A program made the position numbers and the translations under genes. Under the pieces are notes generated by a model that made no database searches, was not told the DNA's origin, and saw only the letters and a list, made by a program, of their open reading frames with translations. DNA of 49,560 nt, the filler included, from Sphacelaria rigidula (Eukaryota): assembly GCA_964200075.2 (NCBI GenBank). It is 3 parts of 3 records of this genome, joined end to end, with 100 filler letters (N's around TTAATTAATTAA, not from the genome) between each part and the next. Parts side by side here need not be neighbours in the genome. Positions count along the whole stretch, not along the records: positions 16,558 to 33,009 come from CAXNAA020001352.1; positions 33,110 to 49,560 come from CAXNAA020001353.1; 1 more part is not named here. One strand, written 5' to 3'. Below are positions 24,190-36,930 of the stretch, one piece after another. Within the stretch, counting starts at the first letter, position 1, and each line of letters opens with the position of its first letter.

Positions 24190-27100
24190 GCCTATAGTTG
24201 ACCCGCGAGTGGATTGTGTAGCCATTCGTGTACTCGCTTGGAGTTTATCGTATCGACTAGCATTATTTCGTGTTTGAAAGTCGGCCTGAAAAACTGTCCA
24301 GTGCCGATTACGGTCTGTGTACTGAAGTCAAGTAAAGCACGGTTCAACTTCCCGTATCCCGAAGCTTGCCCAACTTCTGCCACGTTGTATAATTCACGGC
24401 ATGGAAGAATTCCACCCAAACCATTTGCAAGAGATTTATGATGCTCCACAGATCATGTGCATATCTTCTTGTTATCATAGACTGCATAGCGAGGAGGAGT
24501 TTAGAAAATAGTGTCAGCACAGAGGTACCAGAAACCCAGTTGACTATGCACAGCGTGTACTAAAGTCAAACTGCAGTAGGAAGCTCAGGCATTTCCCATA
24601 ACGTTCGGGACTTTAACTAACATTTGCGGTTGAGGTTCGAATGAATTCGCCAAGCCTTTGCGATAGAACACAAGTGATCGGAAGGTTGTGTGAGATGCCT
24701 GGGGAGGGAGGGAACCGATGCATTGCCAGGGTAGCGGTTTCTTGCAATAGTACAGTCTGGTCGGCACGGGAGGGTCGTTAAACACCAAAACACAAGAACC
24801 CAAGAACGTGGTCTACTTCGGTTCGTCCCATGCCACCTCATTTATCTCTAAAGCTTCGGTTACACTTAGCCCATTACATATTTTGTACATTCCAATCGTT
24901 TGCACAAACGACCATGATCGCTGCGTTCAATATTTTGCCCTGAAAATTTAGGGATTGTGCAGCGTCCAGTTCAAAAACCCGCAACATTCTTAATTTACCA
25001 AAATAAATCAAGGCGTTCAAACCTTCGACTGCGAGCCTCGCCTCGGAATATTTTCGCCGGCTGACAGTCCAGGGACATTCAGGGCTTTCCAGGTGGTAGG
25101 AGGTGGTCTCAACAGCGGGTGGGTGCCTGTTCTCCGAGCAGCCGGAAAGCTCATCGAGTCAACCATGTGTGTTTGGAAGTTTCCCGCAGAAAATTTCCAG
25201 CCGGGAACGAGGGCCGAGAGGAGGAGTACGACCAGTTTGATAGCCGTGATTGGTCAGGATGGTTACATTGCTCGCTTACTGATGGACTACCTCGCAGCGA
25301 AGCTGTGTTTGACCATTTTCGTCACAGTCACTCAAACCTAGAAAACATACGTAAGGAGCGTGTTATACTCTGATCGTAGTCTTTGCCGCCTGCCTGACCC
25401 CTCTTGCGTTTCCAGCATAGTTTTACACCGCCTGTGTAGTTGTGCAGCACTCCGCAGAGACAGCAGGAGCGTGCAGCAGATTGTTTTCACTGGAGAGCGA
25501 TGGGAAATTGACTGTTTCTTACCGCTCTATCCAACCACTGATGAATAAAGTTCGAAGTGCAGTCGAGTAGAAGCCGCAGCAGTGGTTCAGAGTGTGTTGT
25601 CATCCCATTTATTCTGAACGTCGGTTACCCCTTTCGGTATATGTGGGCGAACCAGCCGGGGTCACACAGGGGGAAAGGGTACGACAGGAGCTTCTTTTTT
25701 TCAGTTCTCCACCTTCGTTCTGCGGCGCTTGCTTTTATTTCTATCGCGAGAGGGGTTCAGCAGTCCCTTTTCCTCGTCGATCGTGGAGTCGAAACTTGTG
25801 TACCCACGACATAGTCGCTCTCCAATGTCGGGCATTGTGTGAGAAAAATCCCAGATCACTCCGAGGTTCGAACCAACGACCCAACCGTCAGAAGGTTTCG
25901 AGGTTACCAACTGAGCCACCGGGGCGACCAGTACTGTATCACGGAATACTGTGCCAACTTCGGGATTCACGCGACACCGTGAACGCAGGCTGCTCAATAT
26001 GTGTCTGAATGGTTCCGAGTCGTGGAGGAGGGGGTTATTATGTACATGGCAACCTGGACCACAGCACACCTTACCAGGGAATTGTGTGCTGTGCGAACAC
26101 TAGAGTTCCCCCAGTGCCCATCAGGGAGACCCGAGAAGCAACCAGTAGTCCGTCGCGTGGTACACTCGCTAGTGCATCTGCCCCTCTCCGAACAGCTTTG
26201 GTAGTTAGTTGTCCATGAGGGTGCCAGGGGTTATTGAGTTGACCCTTGTCTGGTGCCCATGTCAATCTCCTCTTGTTATCTGTTTTTTCTTTACTTTCCT
26301 TTCGGCGTGCTCTATAGGGAGATCTGAAGTTTTGTGTCGGTTTCCTCTTGACCCCGATGAACTCCGAGGAAGCTACATCGTATTTGTTTTCCAGGCGTAT
26401 CTTTTCATATTATTCGCTGATGCATTGCTTTGTTTCTGTTGTTAGTCTGGAGTCTCAGACTTGTAAGGAATGGCACGGACGGTATTGAAAAGGCGAGCCT
26501 ACGCCTGTGACCACGGGTTCGAGGGATCGGACTCTTGTGTGGAAAATAACAAAGCTAACGTGGTTGAGACGATGAGACATGCACGCAAGATCAGAACATG
26601 CTCAGAGTGTGCCACCCTTGCCCTCGCAGTACACCATGTTAAGTGGAAAGCGATGGCACGCTGACTGTTTTATACCGTTGTGTTCAACTGGAGAAAAAGG
26701 TCTCATGCATGTATGGTACAGTACAGAGCAGGAGTACAGGCTTGGTACAGTGAAGGAGGGGGTGCAATGAAGACGATGTGGCATGCGTGCAGGATCGAAA
26801 CACGCCCAAGGTCCATCAGCCCCGCCCATATAATACCAGAATTTCTGCGAGAATGAAGATGGGGAGGAAAGGATGTATGTTGTTCTCATGTATCGCAGCA
26901 GTGGCGGTTGCCAGGGTGCGCCACTTGCCGCTTGCCAATTACAAAAACATTTACTCCACGAAAACTGAAAATTGCGCAGCGAAGACAGATGCTCTGTACA
27001 TTCTAACTCTGCATGCACACACTTGACTTCTGCCTCAAAACTGGTCAGGGTTCTCCGGGACTATGCAAGTAGTAGTAGAATTTAGGCATGAAGGTACTCG

Positions 27101-28820
27101 AACAATTTGGGGGGGGGATGCAGATCGAAATTGGGCCAACATCATGTGCTCAACATGCGACAGAGCCACATGTACTGATGATTTTCAACGAGGACGTCCC
27201 TTACACGGACGAGTGAAGTACATACAGTCGCCGGGTGTGTGATGTGGGCTGGGCGGATGTTGGTCGACCACCTCGTCATCTTTTGAGGAGCTTGATTTAT
27301 CGGATGCTATCGTTCTGCAATTTTTTGCGGATGACTCGCCTTGTGCAAGTGTATTTGTCATTCTGTGGATATGGCTTTTCACTTCATGAACATGATACTT
27401 AATCGGACTCCAAAGATATTTGTGTTCCAAGAGGGAACGGAAAGAAACCATCGTCACGTGCGTTACTCAGCAGTGCCGATCGCAACAGACGCGTGTCTTC
27501 GGACGGGTGGGTCCACTGAAAGACATGAATGGGGCTTCGGTGCCATGTGGCTTCAGCAAAAGTGGGCCGACGACTTGATGCTGTATTTTTCGTCGTCTTG
27601 ATGACGCAGTATAGTTCACCATCCGGGAGGGTAAGTTAGGCCAACTTGACTATAGTGTAAACACCGAAATCCGGATCTTTAATGAGGGCTGTGCTCTTTG
27701 CGTGCTCTTCGCGTACTCCTAGCGTGCGCAGAATGCATTTTGTCCAAATCGGCGCCTGGGGCGCCGATTTGAGGTCTGGCAACGCAAACTTCGCCTAGGG
27801 AACACTTCACACCGCCTTGCCCAATGGTTCATGTTTGGGTTAGGGATAGTGCCATAGTATGTTCGCTTCGCTGCTGCAAGGCCGCGAAGATTCTTGATTG
27901 CTTTCATGCGATTCATTATTGACGGCTGTTGGGGTGTGTTGTCATCGCGTTGAAGACACTGCTGGTCTCTTCTCTCGCAGATTTCCCGTCAAGCCAGCTT
28001 GCTCTGTGGCTTTCTGTTCTCCTTCACTTTCCCCATACGTGCCGCCAGGTGAGAATAGATGCTAAGCTACGCTGTCGATGGTGGCGTGGTGATTGCACTG
28101 GGTGCAGGAGAACGACCGCTACTCTAGCCACCGACACGAGCGATGCGTAGATGAGGGTATATGTCTCGCAGACACGGCGTATGGGGGTTCGGTCGAAGTA
28201 TAATACAGGCCTGCGGACAGCGGGTGTGACTGATCTAACCCGAAGTGTGGGTGCGTGTAGGTCGTTGCTTCTCACTCGGAGAAAGGGTACGGAGGATGTA
28301 GAGACGCGACGTGGACTTGGACAGGACGGGCTTTGCAAGGAAAGGCTCACGGTTGAAACATAGAGTGCTCGAGTGGGGGGCAGGCAGACTGGGTGTCTCC
28401 CAGACGAGGAGTAAGACGAGCCCAGACAAAGAGTTGGAGGATGACGGTCCCAGGGTGACAGGCCCGAGATGACGCTCCGGGTTGACCGGCCCTGGGTTAC
28501 TAGTAAGCGGGTCGGGTCATGTAGAGGTCATAGTCACAGAAGGTCCAAATTCTACACGTGTCGAATATTCCACGCATGCGATGTATCTACTATCTGCACT
28601 GTTCGGAGTCGTTCATGGACGTAATCTATTATGAGGCCTTTGAACAGGGGTGAGGTTTTCGCGTATCGTGGAAACCGGCGAGGCTTGGAGGCGCTTGTTC
28701 GCGCTCATAGCCCAAATCGTTTCCCCAGTTACTCATCGCCAAGGCCATCGATTGGGATACAATTTTTTGCACCATCTGCGCCAAAACCACAACTTCAACT
28801 TGGATCATGAAAAACATTCG
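24190..28820 (-). mobile_element. Decayed KDZ (Kyakuja-Dileera-Zisupton) transposase element, interrupted by a SINE; boundaries approximate
   Basis: Ordered frameshifted fragments RYGKCLSF (~24580-24605), TPPRYAVYDN (24472-24501), VWVEFFHAVNYTTW (~24378-24421) and GTGQF match the KDZ pattern CxHG..GF / P..vYDxxC / D.FH..NH..C / N...EQ. Upstream coding-like debris includes SFSQKFWYY-AGLMDL. Confidence 0.55.
25591..25929 (-). mobile_element. tRNA-derived SINE, best-preserved copy
   Basis: Head GGTCGCCCCGGTGGCTCAGTTGGT carries an A box (25907-25918) and B box GGTTCGAACC (25865-25874). There is an anticodon-like stem aacc-TTCTGAC-ggtt, then a ~260-bp non-tRNA body shared with two other copies. 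Confidence 0.85.
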
Positions 28821-30079
28821 ATCTCACCAGGATCCGAGTTTAATAACGAATTAACTTGGAAAACCATAGTCTCTTTTTTGCAGTTTTCTCAATCACCATA
28901 ACTTCTTTCGTGAAATGACTGAGGCATCGTAACTTACACGCATACACGCCGGTGAGTAGCCAAGTCGTGCCGTGGTTCGTCGTCTGGGACGAGAATAATG
29001 GAAAGCTGTGAAGTGGAAATCCCACACGAATCGCAAGTACTTTAGTGATTTTACGGCGTGCATCATCGGGAATGAACAAGATCTGCGATATCTTCGTGTT
29101 TTTGGTTGATGACACTTTTTTTGCCCATTTTGGGGGGTCAGGCGCACCCATAACAGTTATACCCGTGAATGAATGTCTTACCGACCAAAACTCCGTTGCC
29201 CACACAAAAAAAACGAATGCGGACGGATATTGAAGACGTATTGGATATGCCATACACTGGTCGGGCCTGTGCCGAACCTCTGCCGAATATAACACACGCT
29301 CCATCCCAAGTCACCTAGGTTTAGTAGGCGACAGCTGTAAATATTTCATCGCTACTATCTGGAGACAGAAACAAGCCGGCCTCTGGAACTTCACAGCCCC
29401 CCGCACACACACTAGACGTAGTGAGTTTGACAAGCGGAGTTGCTAGATCGCCACAGCGGATCCAAAAAGCCCCAGAACGTTGCAGGAAAAGTGTTGTGTA
29501 GTGCATTCTGTGTTAGGTGCAGCGGTTGGCAAACTGCTGCGTCCTCCGCGGCACGCGTATGGAAAAATTTTCAAATTCACTAGTTCTGGTGTGTGGGAAG
29601 CTTACGCGTCAAACCGCAGTCCAATCCTCTGCGTCGTTACCGAGAACGTAGCATTGAAAGAGAAGCACAACATACTGCAACAAGGACACAACAACAACAC
29701 GAGCAGCAGCTTCTATCCTCCTGTTGTTGTAACCCTGTGTACAGGTGTACAGCAACGTCAGTCACAGGTGTTTTGTAGAATGTACTTGAGCAATAGTATA
29801 TTTTGTATGAGCGTCGACGCCATTTCGAGTAACGCGTGTACTTGTGATTGATACTGATTGGCTCACCTAGGTTTCATTTCTTCTGCATTCAAGTGACAGT
29901 GGTTGGTCGGTCCATTTTTCCCGGTATATAGCGCCCAAAATCGAGCCCCATTCATGGGCATAATAGTGCAGCACAATATTTTGCACATGTAGTAATTATA
30001 GTTTTGGTATATAGGAGATTATTTGGGTTGGGTTGGGGTTGGGTTGGGGTTATTGTTCATGGAAAAAGGGGACACAACA

Positions 30080-31315
30080 TGTTACCATCGCCGCAGGGGA
30101 CGGCGTCAACACCTATTATCCGCTTGTCAAACTCCGTGCGTTGCTGCTCCAGCAGCTGGCGCTGGCAAGCATAGCCTGGGCTGTCACAAAACTGTCTCCT
30201 GCTGCGGTTGCAAAAATATCAAACGCGTGCTGCCCCATTACCTTACGTCAATGTACGTACATGACTTCCTGCAGATTCGGAGGACCTCGATTTTCCGCCG
30301 AGAGACCTCTATTTCCCAAATCTGCGCTCAGATTCGGGGGAAACCGTTCTCATAACATGGACACACGGATATGAGCTTCCCCGATGTGGGCCAAATTGGG
30401 GTCCGTTATAGGCGTTTCCCGATTCGAGTTCCCCTTTCTGCGTACACATCCAGTTGTGTGACTGCCATAAAAAATGGTCCAACACCGTCTTTCATCGCAG
30501 TCACCAATGTCGATTTTTCCAAGCATCGGTGGAAAACAAATGGGGGAAGGCATTTTATGGACTCCGATTTGGATCATATCGGGGGAGAAATAGTCGGGGT
30601 GTCACGATCTCAGAACGAATCTCCCCGATTTTGTTGGAAAGCTGAGGTCCCCTCGATTTGAGGAGGTGACGTACATGCATTGGCGTACATTGATCGAGTA
30701 CGAGGCGTCTGATATTTTTCCAATCGCAGCAGAAGACAGTCTCGTGACAAGGCAGGGGTGTTTGCTCACGCCAACTCCTGAAGCAGCTTCACACCGGGTT
30801 TGACAAGTGGATTATGAGTGTTGATGCCGTACCCTGCGGCGATGGTAATATTTAATGCTGCACTGCGCGGCATCCCTTTAACAAAATGTACTACTACAGT
30901 ACAGTACCCTAGTCTGTTGTCGCTGTACTTGCAGGATGATGTATCGCACTGAACTGCTGAACTCTTCTCGCGCACTATATGTTCACCGTTCTCGCAATAT
31001 CGTGTGTGCCATCATGTTACAACACGGCATTATCATGTACTATAATGATGGAGTGTCCTGCACTGTATTGCCCTAGGGTACCACGGTACGACGCTGTACT
31101 CGAAGAATTACGCACTGCCTGCCTGCTCCTTGGCTTTATGCACGAGTACGCGATGCCACACTCATCCAGAAAATGACTGTCTGTGTACAGAATCTTTGCG
31201 CAAATCTGTGATGCCATAAAACGCTTCCCCCGATTTGAGTTCGCGGATTTGAGTCCGCCCGATTTTGAAGAAATCGGGGTCTCGAAAAAATCGAGATTCG
31301 TTGCTATGAAAGAGG
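30080..31315. mobile_element. Two tail-to-tail copies of family B (Harbinger-like) element
   Basis: 30080-30480 matches 7820-8212 directly. 30485-31315 matches 7340-8200 in reverse complement. Confidence 0.75.
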
Positions 31316-33009
31316 CACAGGATCCATACACGGAGATGATTTTGTAAGAGAAATAAATTATTTGCGCGAAGCGTGAGAATAGCCTAGTGTTCAAGATCGG
31401 CACCCGGCAAACACCAAGGACCCGTTTATAATCAGCCCAAGAACTAAAACATGGAACATGTCCTGTTTCACTGTACTTCGGCAAAAACACACTCACGTCC
31501 GCATTCATGTGCTGTAGCTATCATTGTTTTGTGGTGTGTTTAGGCCTTGGGGAGGCGGTTTGATCTCCGCTGAGGTTGCCTGAACTGTTGTGTTGTTCTG
31601 TTCGTCTCTGTAAAACATAGTATCAGTTGGGACGCAGTGCGGTATACACACTCGACTGTTGAAAACCTCATGTTACCCCGACCCGTCACTTACGCGATAC
31701 CGACGAACATGGCTGGGTAAGGACACACAACCAGCGCCGGTATACACCGCTCGACCGGCTGGGCCAGAACCCGTGCTCCGATGAAAGGAGCAACCCACAG
31801 CATGGTGCGGGTATACTGCACAGCCACGGTACTGCTTGCACCCGTCAGCATGGCGGCTGCTGCCGCTGGCATTAGCGCCAGTGCTCGCGGCCATGGAAAA
31901 ACACAACCAGCCGTACTAAGGTGGGGATGTACCGATGAACGAACATCCCAATGACCCCCCACGGCGGCAATGTACCACTTGCTGTCTGCTCATCTGCTTA
32001 CAGCTTCGTTTCTTTCTTGCTGTTCTATCCGTCCCGCCGCTACTGTTCACTCCTGTACTGTAGTACGTACACTACAGGTGTGACTCGAGTCTGCGAGCCA
32101 ATCATGAGCATCCTTCACTACATAATTGACTACGATGGTCGCATTTCATTGGCGCTTGAGTCCGCCGGTTCCTGACTGAGGGGCCTCTGAACGATCGAAG
32201 TGCACATTTCACTACAAAAATCTATCCCCATGTATCTAATTTGTGCCATGAAACCCACCTCATTTTTTGTCTTCTACTGGCTGCAAGGTCGGGGCGTCGC
32301 CGCGACGATTTTCGGAACAGTTTCATATTTCAACGGGTGCTACTCGTACGGAGTGGTGTGCCGCGAAACGAAACACATGAGGAGGTCTCTGACCACTCCT
32401 CAGCTTCAAGACGGTAATCTGCCACCGTAGGCAAGGTAAGCTGCAACAGATGTGCAGAGAAGTAGGAGGGGGAGTCGCGTCGGCATGCATTCAACTCACC
32501 TGTGGCCACATGACCTACACGATAGTATCACGTGGAATATCAGCGAAGTGGGGACACGCAACACATGTCTGGCTACACCTACTTCTATTTTTACAGCTGG
32601 CGGTATGGCGTTGACTGAACAGGGAACTAAACTTACCTAGCAGGCCGCGCCTGGAAATAGGAAGAGTGCGGTAGACAGCAGCGGCGGGCAGAGAAAGTCT
32701 CCTCCTGGTTGCTTGTTGCGCGTGAAATGAAAGCTGTAAAAAAACAAAATCGCCCCTTATTAGAGGCGCCTTTAGCTTTTTGACGCTCTTATTATAATGT
32801 GTACAGAGTACTGGTGTCAATTAGAACATGATCATAAATTGTGATGCAAACGGAAGATAATGAACTATATTCAGCGTTCCATGCACGGAAGATGGTGCTG
32901 ATTGTAAGGTGACAATATCCAAGCGAAGTGGCTCGGCTGGAGCAAGCGCCGACCCACCTATCGTCGAGTATGGCCATCGAGGGAAACATGTCACAATAGC
33001 AGTCATATG

Positions 33010-33109
33010 NNNNNNNNNNNNNNNNNNNNNNNNNNNNNNNNNNNNNNNNNNNNTTAATTAATTAANNNNNNNNNNNNNNNNNNNNNNNNNNNNNNNNNNN
33101 NNNNNNNNN
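33010..33109. other. Artificial scaffold spacer (44 N + TTAATTAATTAA + 44 N)
   Basis: Same 100-bp structure as 16458-16557. Confidence 0.97.
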
Positions 33110-33399
33110 AGGGATGCGAGGTCAATGGTCTTATGACTATGGCATGCATGATCATGAGTACACCCCCCCCCCCTCCACTCAAAAACTCGATTTTTCGATG
33201 TTGAGACCCACGTGCCCACAAATCTTTTTTGCGTAGCCAGCCCCCTGTCCGTGGTAATGGATTTTGGTCAGCGGGCGGGTTTCTGATCAATATCGGCACC
33301 CCACTTCAAAAGCACGGTAAAAATGGAGGAGCTGTTCCAAATGGGCTGAAAACTATACTACGGGACATTTCATACTCTACTGTATTGCAGTACAAGCAC

Positions 33400-34070
33400 A
33401 TTCACGCCCTCTCTCATGAGCTGTAGCTGTCACTGTACTGCAGTGTGTTCAGACCTTCCGAACACGGTTTGGTCTCCGCTGGGATTCCCGGAGCTGCTAT
33501 ACGGTTTTGTTCCGCTCTGTACGAAAAGTTGCAATCGGCACGCAGTGCTGTCTCGTGGAACTTGAAAATGGCACCATGTGTTTGTTGAATGCTGTCTTTT
33601 GCGACGAACCGCTTCGTGCCCAGACCCATCATTCCTGTACTGTTGCTGACACTGTAGTATAGTGCGCTTCAACTCTGTGAATACGGTTTGATCTGCACTG
33701 GAGATTGCCTGCATTGCTGTACTGTTGCGTCCCGGTCGGTACGAAAAATGTAGCCGACGTGCGGTGCTGTCTCAACACGATTGAACACCCCGTGGCGTGT
33801 TGGGCGGTTGAGCCTTATGCAAAATCAAGAAGGCGCTTCGTGCCCACACTCATCGTTGCTACGCTGTGGTTGTCGCCGTACTGTGGTGCGTTTGAATCCC
33901 ACGAATGCGCTTCGATCTGCGCTGGAGATTGCGTGAACTGCTGGGCTACTGCCGTGTTCCGGTTGTGCAGGATTGGTGTGGGAACAACGTGCTGTCTATG
34001 CGAAGTTGAAAAGGTCACGCGATGGCTGTGCAGTCGTTGCGTCTTCTCTGCGTGCTTTTGTACAGGTGCA
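33400..34070. repeat. Degenerate tandem repeat, 3 units of ~220-224 bp
   Basis: Anchors g(g/a)tct(c/g)c(g/a)ctgg at 33471, 33690 and 33914. gcttcgtgccca at 33611 and 33835. Confidence 0.75.
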
Positions 34071-35619
34071 AAACTGCCCACATAGGTCACGCCAACTTCA
34101 GGTGTGCTGCTCCGATTTTTTGTCATACGACATGTGTTCTTGTCTCCACTCAAAATCGCGACAGAAAAAATAATGACAATCAAAACCGGCCAAGACACAT
34201 CTTTGAACGGCTCCCATAAGAGTTGGTCTGACAGCATTTTCGTGAGATTCAGACCGCGACCTGTTGTCGGTTCCTGAACCATACATGATCATTTCCTACA
34301 GTCTTCACCTGAACGGTGGACATTATATACAGTCAGCGCGCCCAGAACACAAGTTGAAGTTCCTACTCGTCCGGACAATATTCGAGTCTGTATTTTCAAT
34401 CCGATGACATCCGACAAAGATAGCGGGTTCTATGCGATGCCCTTCTATAAATTCTCCATGGTGGGCATGTGAAAAGAGGGACACCGACTTCGTCATCTGG
34501 CCAAATTTGTTGGACCGACGAAGTAGACCCGGTCCATTGTCCCTACGAGGCAGGGTTTCAACCTTTGCTCCGGGTGCATCGGCTGTACAGTCTGTTATTC
34601 ACGCCCGTTGTAAAAATCTAGAAAATGGCTCAGGATCTGGAAAAAAAGGTCACGATCTGAATCTCAAAAGTATGCTTTTAAACCATGCCTCGGATCAGAG
34701 CCTCAGTAGATTTCGAGGGAACGTTCCATGAAATGAGATTACGAAACAGCAACAGTAATTGAAAATATGGAAACACAGTACGAAAAAAGTGACGGCAAGC
34801 AATAGTAAGCTTCACCGGGGGGCATTCTGGGTACACACGGAGCGATTTCGGTGAATACGGCGGACAGATCCAAGATCACGTAGGCCAGTGCCGTGCACCG
34901 GGAATTCTTCACCATTCAGCACACGCAGCGCAAACAACCGCACAGGAATGTACGGCTGTTTATACACATACCTGGTATGTATTCATGCATATATATATAT
35001 AAATATACTCATTACGAGGAGTACGAATAAATCACATCGACAGATGGCACACCGATCGAGCTGCAGCGATGTTTGTAAAATTTCTGCCAGTCATATAGTA
35101 GTAACTACCGTTTGTTTTGTTACCTGCATATACACTCGTATATCACCCCGATTATTCACGATGACGCTGGTTATATCTGCTGACGCCCACCCGCAAGCAG
35201 GCTGAATTGGTCATTGGCATGCTGCGGTTGCTCAAGGGTTCATCGAACGTAGAAGAAAACAATAACATTTTCTGACAGGAAATTCGATGGAGACTCTGAA
35301 TCAGATATGGTAATTTTGAAAATAAAACAATAGTGACCATCTCGTACATGTGATGTGTCAAATTTGACGTGGTGCAGCTAGTTGGTCAAAACTCCAAGCC
35401 CATGAATCGACTCGACGACATCGAATAAGTGGGGTTAGACCCACCGTTTTCAGAATCGGGTCACACTAGCCGGTGCAAACGCTAGATGGAGGTTTCAGTA
35501 GCTACGACCAGCGGGCCCAAAACATTCTCGACCCATGTCGGGGAATGTGTGGCGGAATGTAACCAGATGATTTGCCGAACGAAAATTCTTATTAGAAGTA
35601 TAGTACAGCTACGTTGCAC

Positions 35620-36930
35620 GTGTTCGAGTGATACCTCTTCCATCCCCAGGGGCATAGTCACTCGTACGTTACAAGGCGAGAAGCGGTAGATGACCCCCGA
35701 GTGTATTTGGGGAGGGGATAAAACGATTTCCTCCCTGGGTTGGGAGCGACCAGGGGTTGTCGTAAACGAAGGAATAGGGTAGGAGTAGCTGCTGTCATTA
35801 GCTGAATCGCCCTTCGTATGATAAGAGCCAAAACGTTAGATAACACCCGTCCTGAACCCGCTTGAGAAGGGAATGAAACAATTCCTAACCTGAGGTACCA
35901 AGTGAAGGGTTGTCATCAACCAAGTGGTAGGGTGGAGGATTTTGGTTATACCTTCCCAGTCCCGGCAAGCGATCGCTATTCGTACGTGATGAGCCGAAAC
36001 TGTGAATATCAGCTCCCTAAAGAGTGCTTGGAGGCGGGATGGAGATGATATTTCTCCTGGAATAAGAGCGGTGGAGACTCATTATGAACGAATAGGGTGG
36101 GGCCGCGGTTGTAGTATTACTTCTCCCATCCCCAGTGGCACCGCCTTCTGAGCTTGCTTTAGAAGGGTATAAAATAACTTCAATTTCGGGGTGTTGAGGT
36201 GATGTGATTCATCAATAGGGTAGGGTAAAGGCGTTCTAGTGATACCTTTCCGGTCTCAACAGGCATGGCCCCTCGCACATGACGGGCCCAAGCGGTAGAT
36301 AGTAGCCCCGAGTGCATTTGGGGAGGGGATGGAATAATTGCACACGTCGCACAGATCATGATCTGACTGAAACAACTCATCAAAGACTGTCGAATCCGTT
36401 GGTGCAAAAATACACGACGTGGTCGCGGAGTCAGAAAAGCCAAAACGCACCTTTGCACTACTCGGCGTGCTCAGCGTCCGGGGCTGTAAGGAGCAGCCAT
36501 GCAAAAGGGGGCAAAATGATCCGGATCATGATTCGGATCAGCATACTGAGAATAATCAAACTTTAGACGGATCATGATCTGTCCAACGTGTGAACAATTC
36601 ATCCCCCGGGTCGGAGGGGTGAAGAGTCAATATTAATGAACAGGAGAGGATACAGAGGTTGTAGTCATCCGTTTCCAATCTCCAGGAGCATCGACTTTTC
36701 GTATGGTACTGGCCAAAACGTTAGATAGCACACACCCTGAGCACGCTTGAGGAGGGAATGAAACGATTTCATCGCCTGGGTGGGAGGACAGAGACTCAGA
36801 AACCATCAGGGTAGGCTACTAGCGTTCCCCTGATATATGCCCCGTTTCCAAGGGCATTGCCATTCGCAAGTCACATTTCAAAACGATCGATACGACTCCC
36901 TGCGGATTGCGAGCAGAGCATTCCTTGGAC
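35620..36930 (-). pseudogene. Decayed tandem-repeat coding sequence, ~165-bp (55-aa) unit, ~7 units, unidentified
   Basis: Anchors at 35681, 35831, 35997, 36290, 36716 and 36881 translate to GVIYRFSP, GVI*RFGSY, GADIHSFGS, GATIYRLGP, CAI*RFGQY and GSRIDRF. Confidence 0.55.
36341..36592. mobile_element. hAT-type MITE inserted into the 165-bp repeat array
   Basis: TIRs CACACGTCGCACAGATCATGATC / GATCATGATCTGTCCAACGTGTG with an imperfect 8-bp TSD aataattg/aacaattc. Removing it restores the ~166-bp period. Confidence 0.78.

Noticed and set aside
25850-25929. Functional tRNA gene
   Set aside because: There is no convincing acceptor stem, and it is fused to a body repeated elsewhere in the window, so it is a SINE head.
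29311-29874. Insertion flanked by the 12-bp direct repeat tcacctaggttt
   Set aside because: There are no TIRs, tail or second copy of the enclosed sequence to support an element.
33705-34085. Cys-rich ORF resembling a piggyBac C-terminal zinc domain, or a Ulp1-like QxxxxxxCG motif on the opposite strand
   Set aside because: It lies in a degenerate tandem repeat, the Cys pattern is not kept in sister units, and no transposase or protease core is adjacent.
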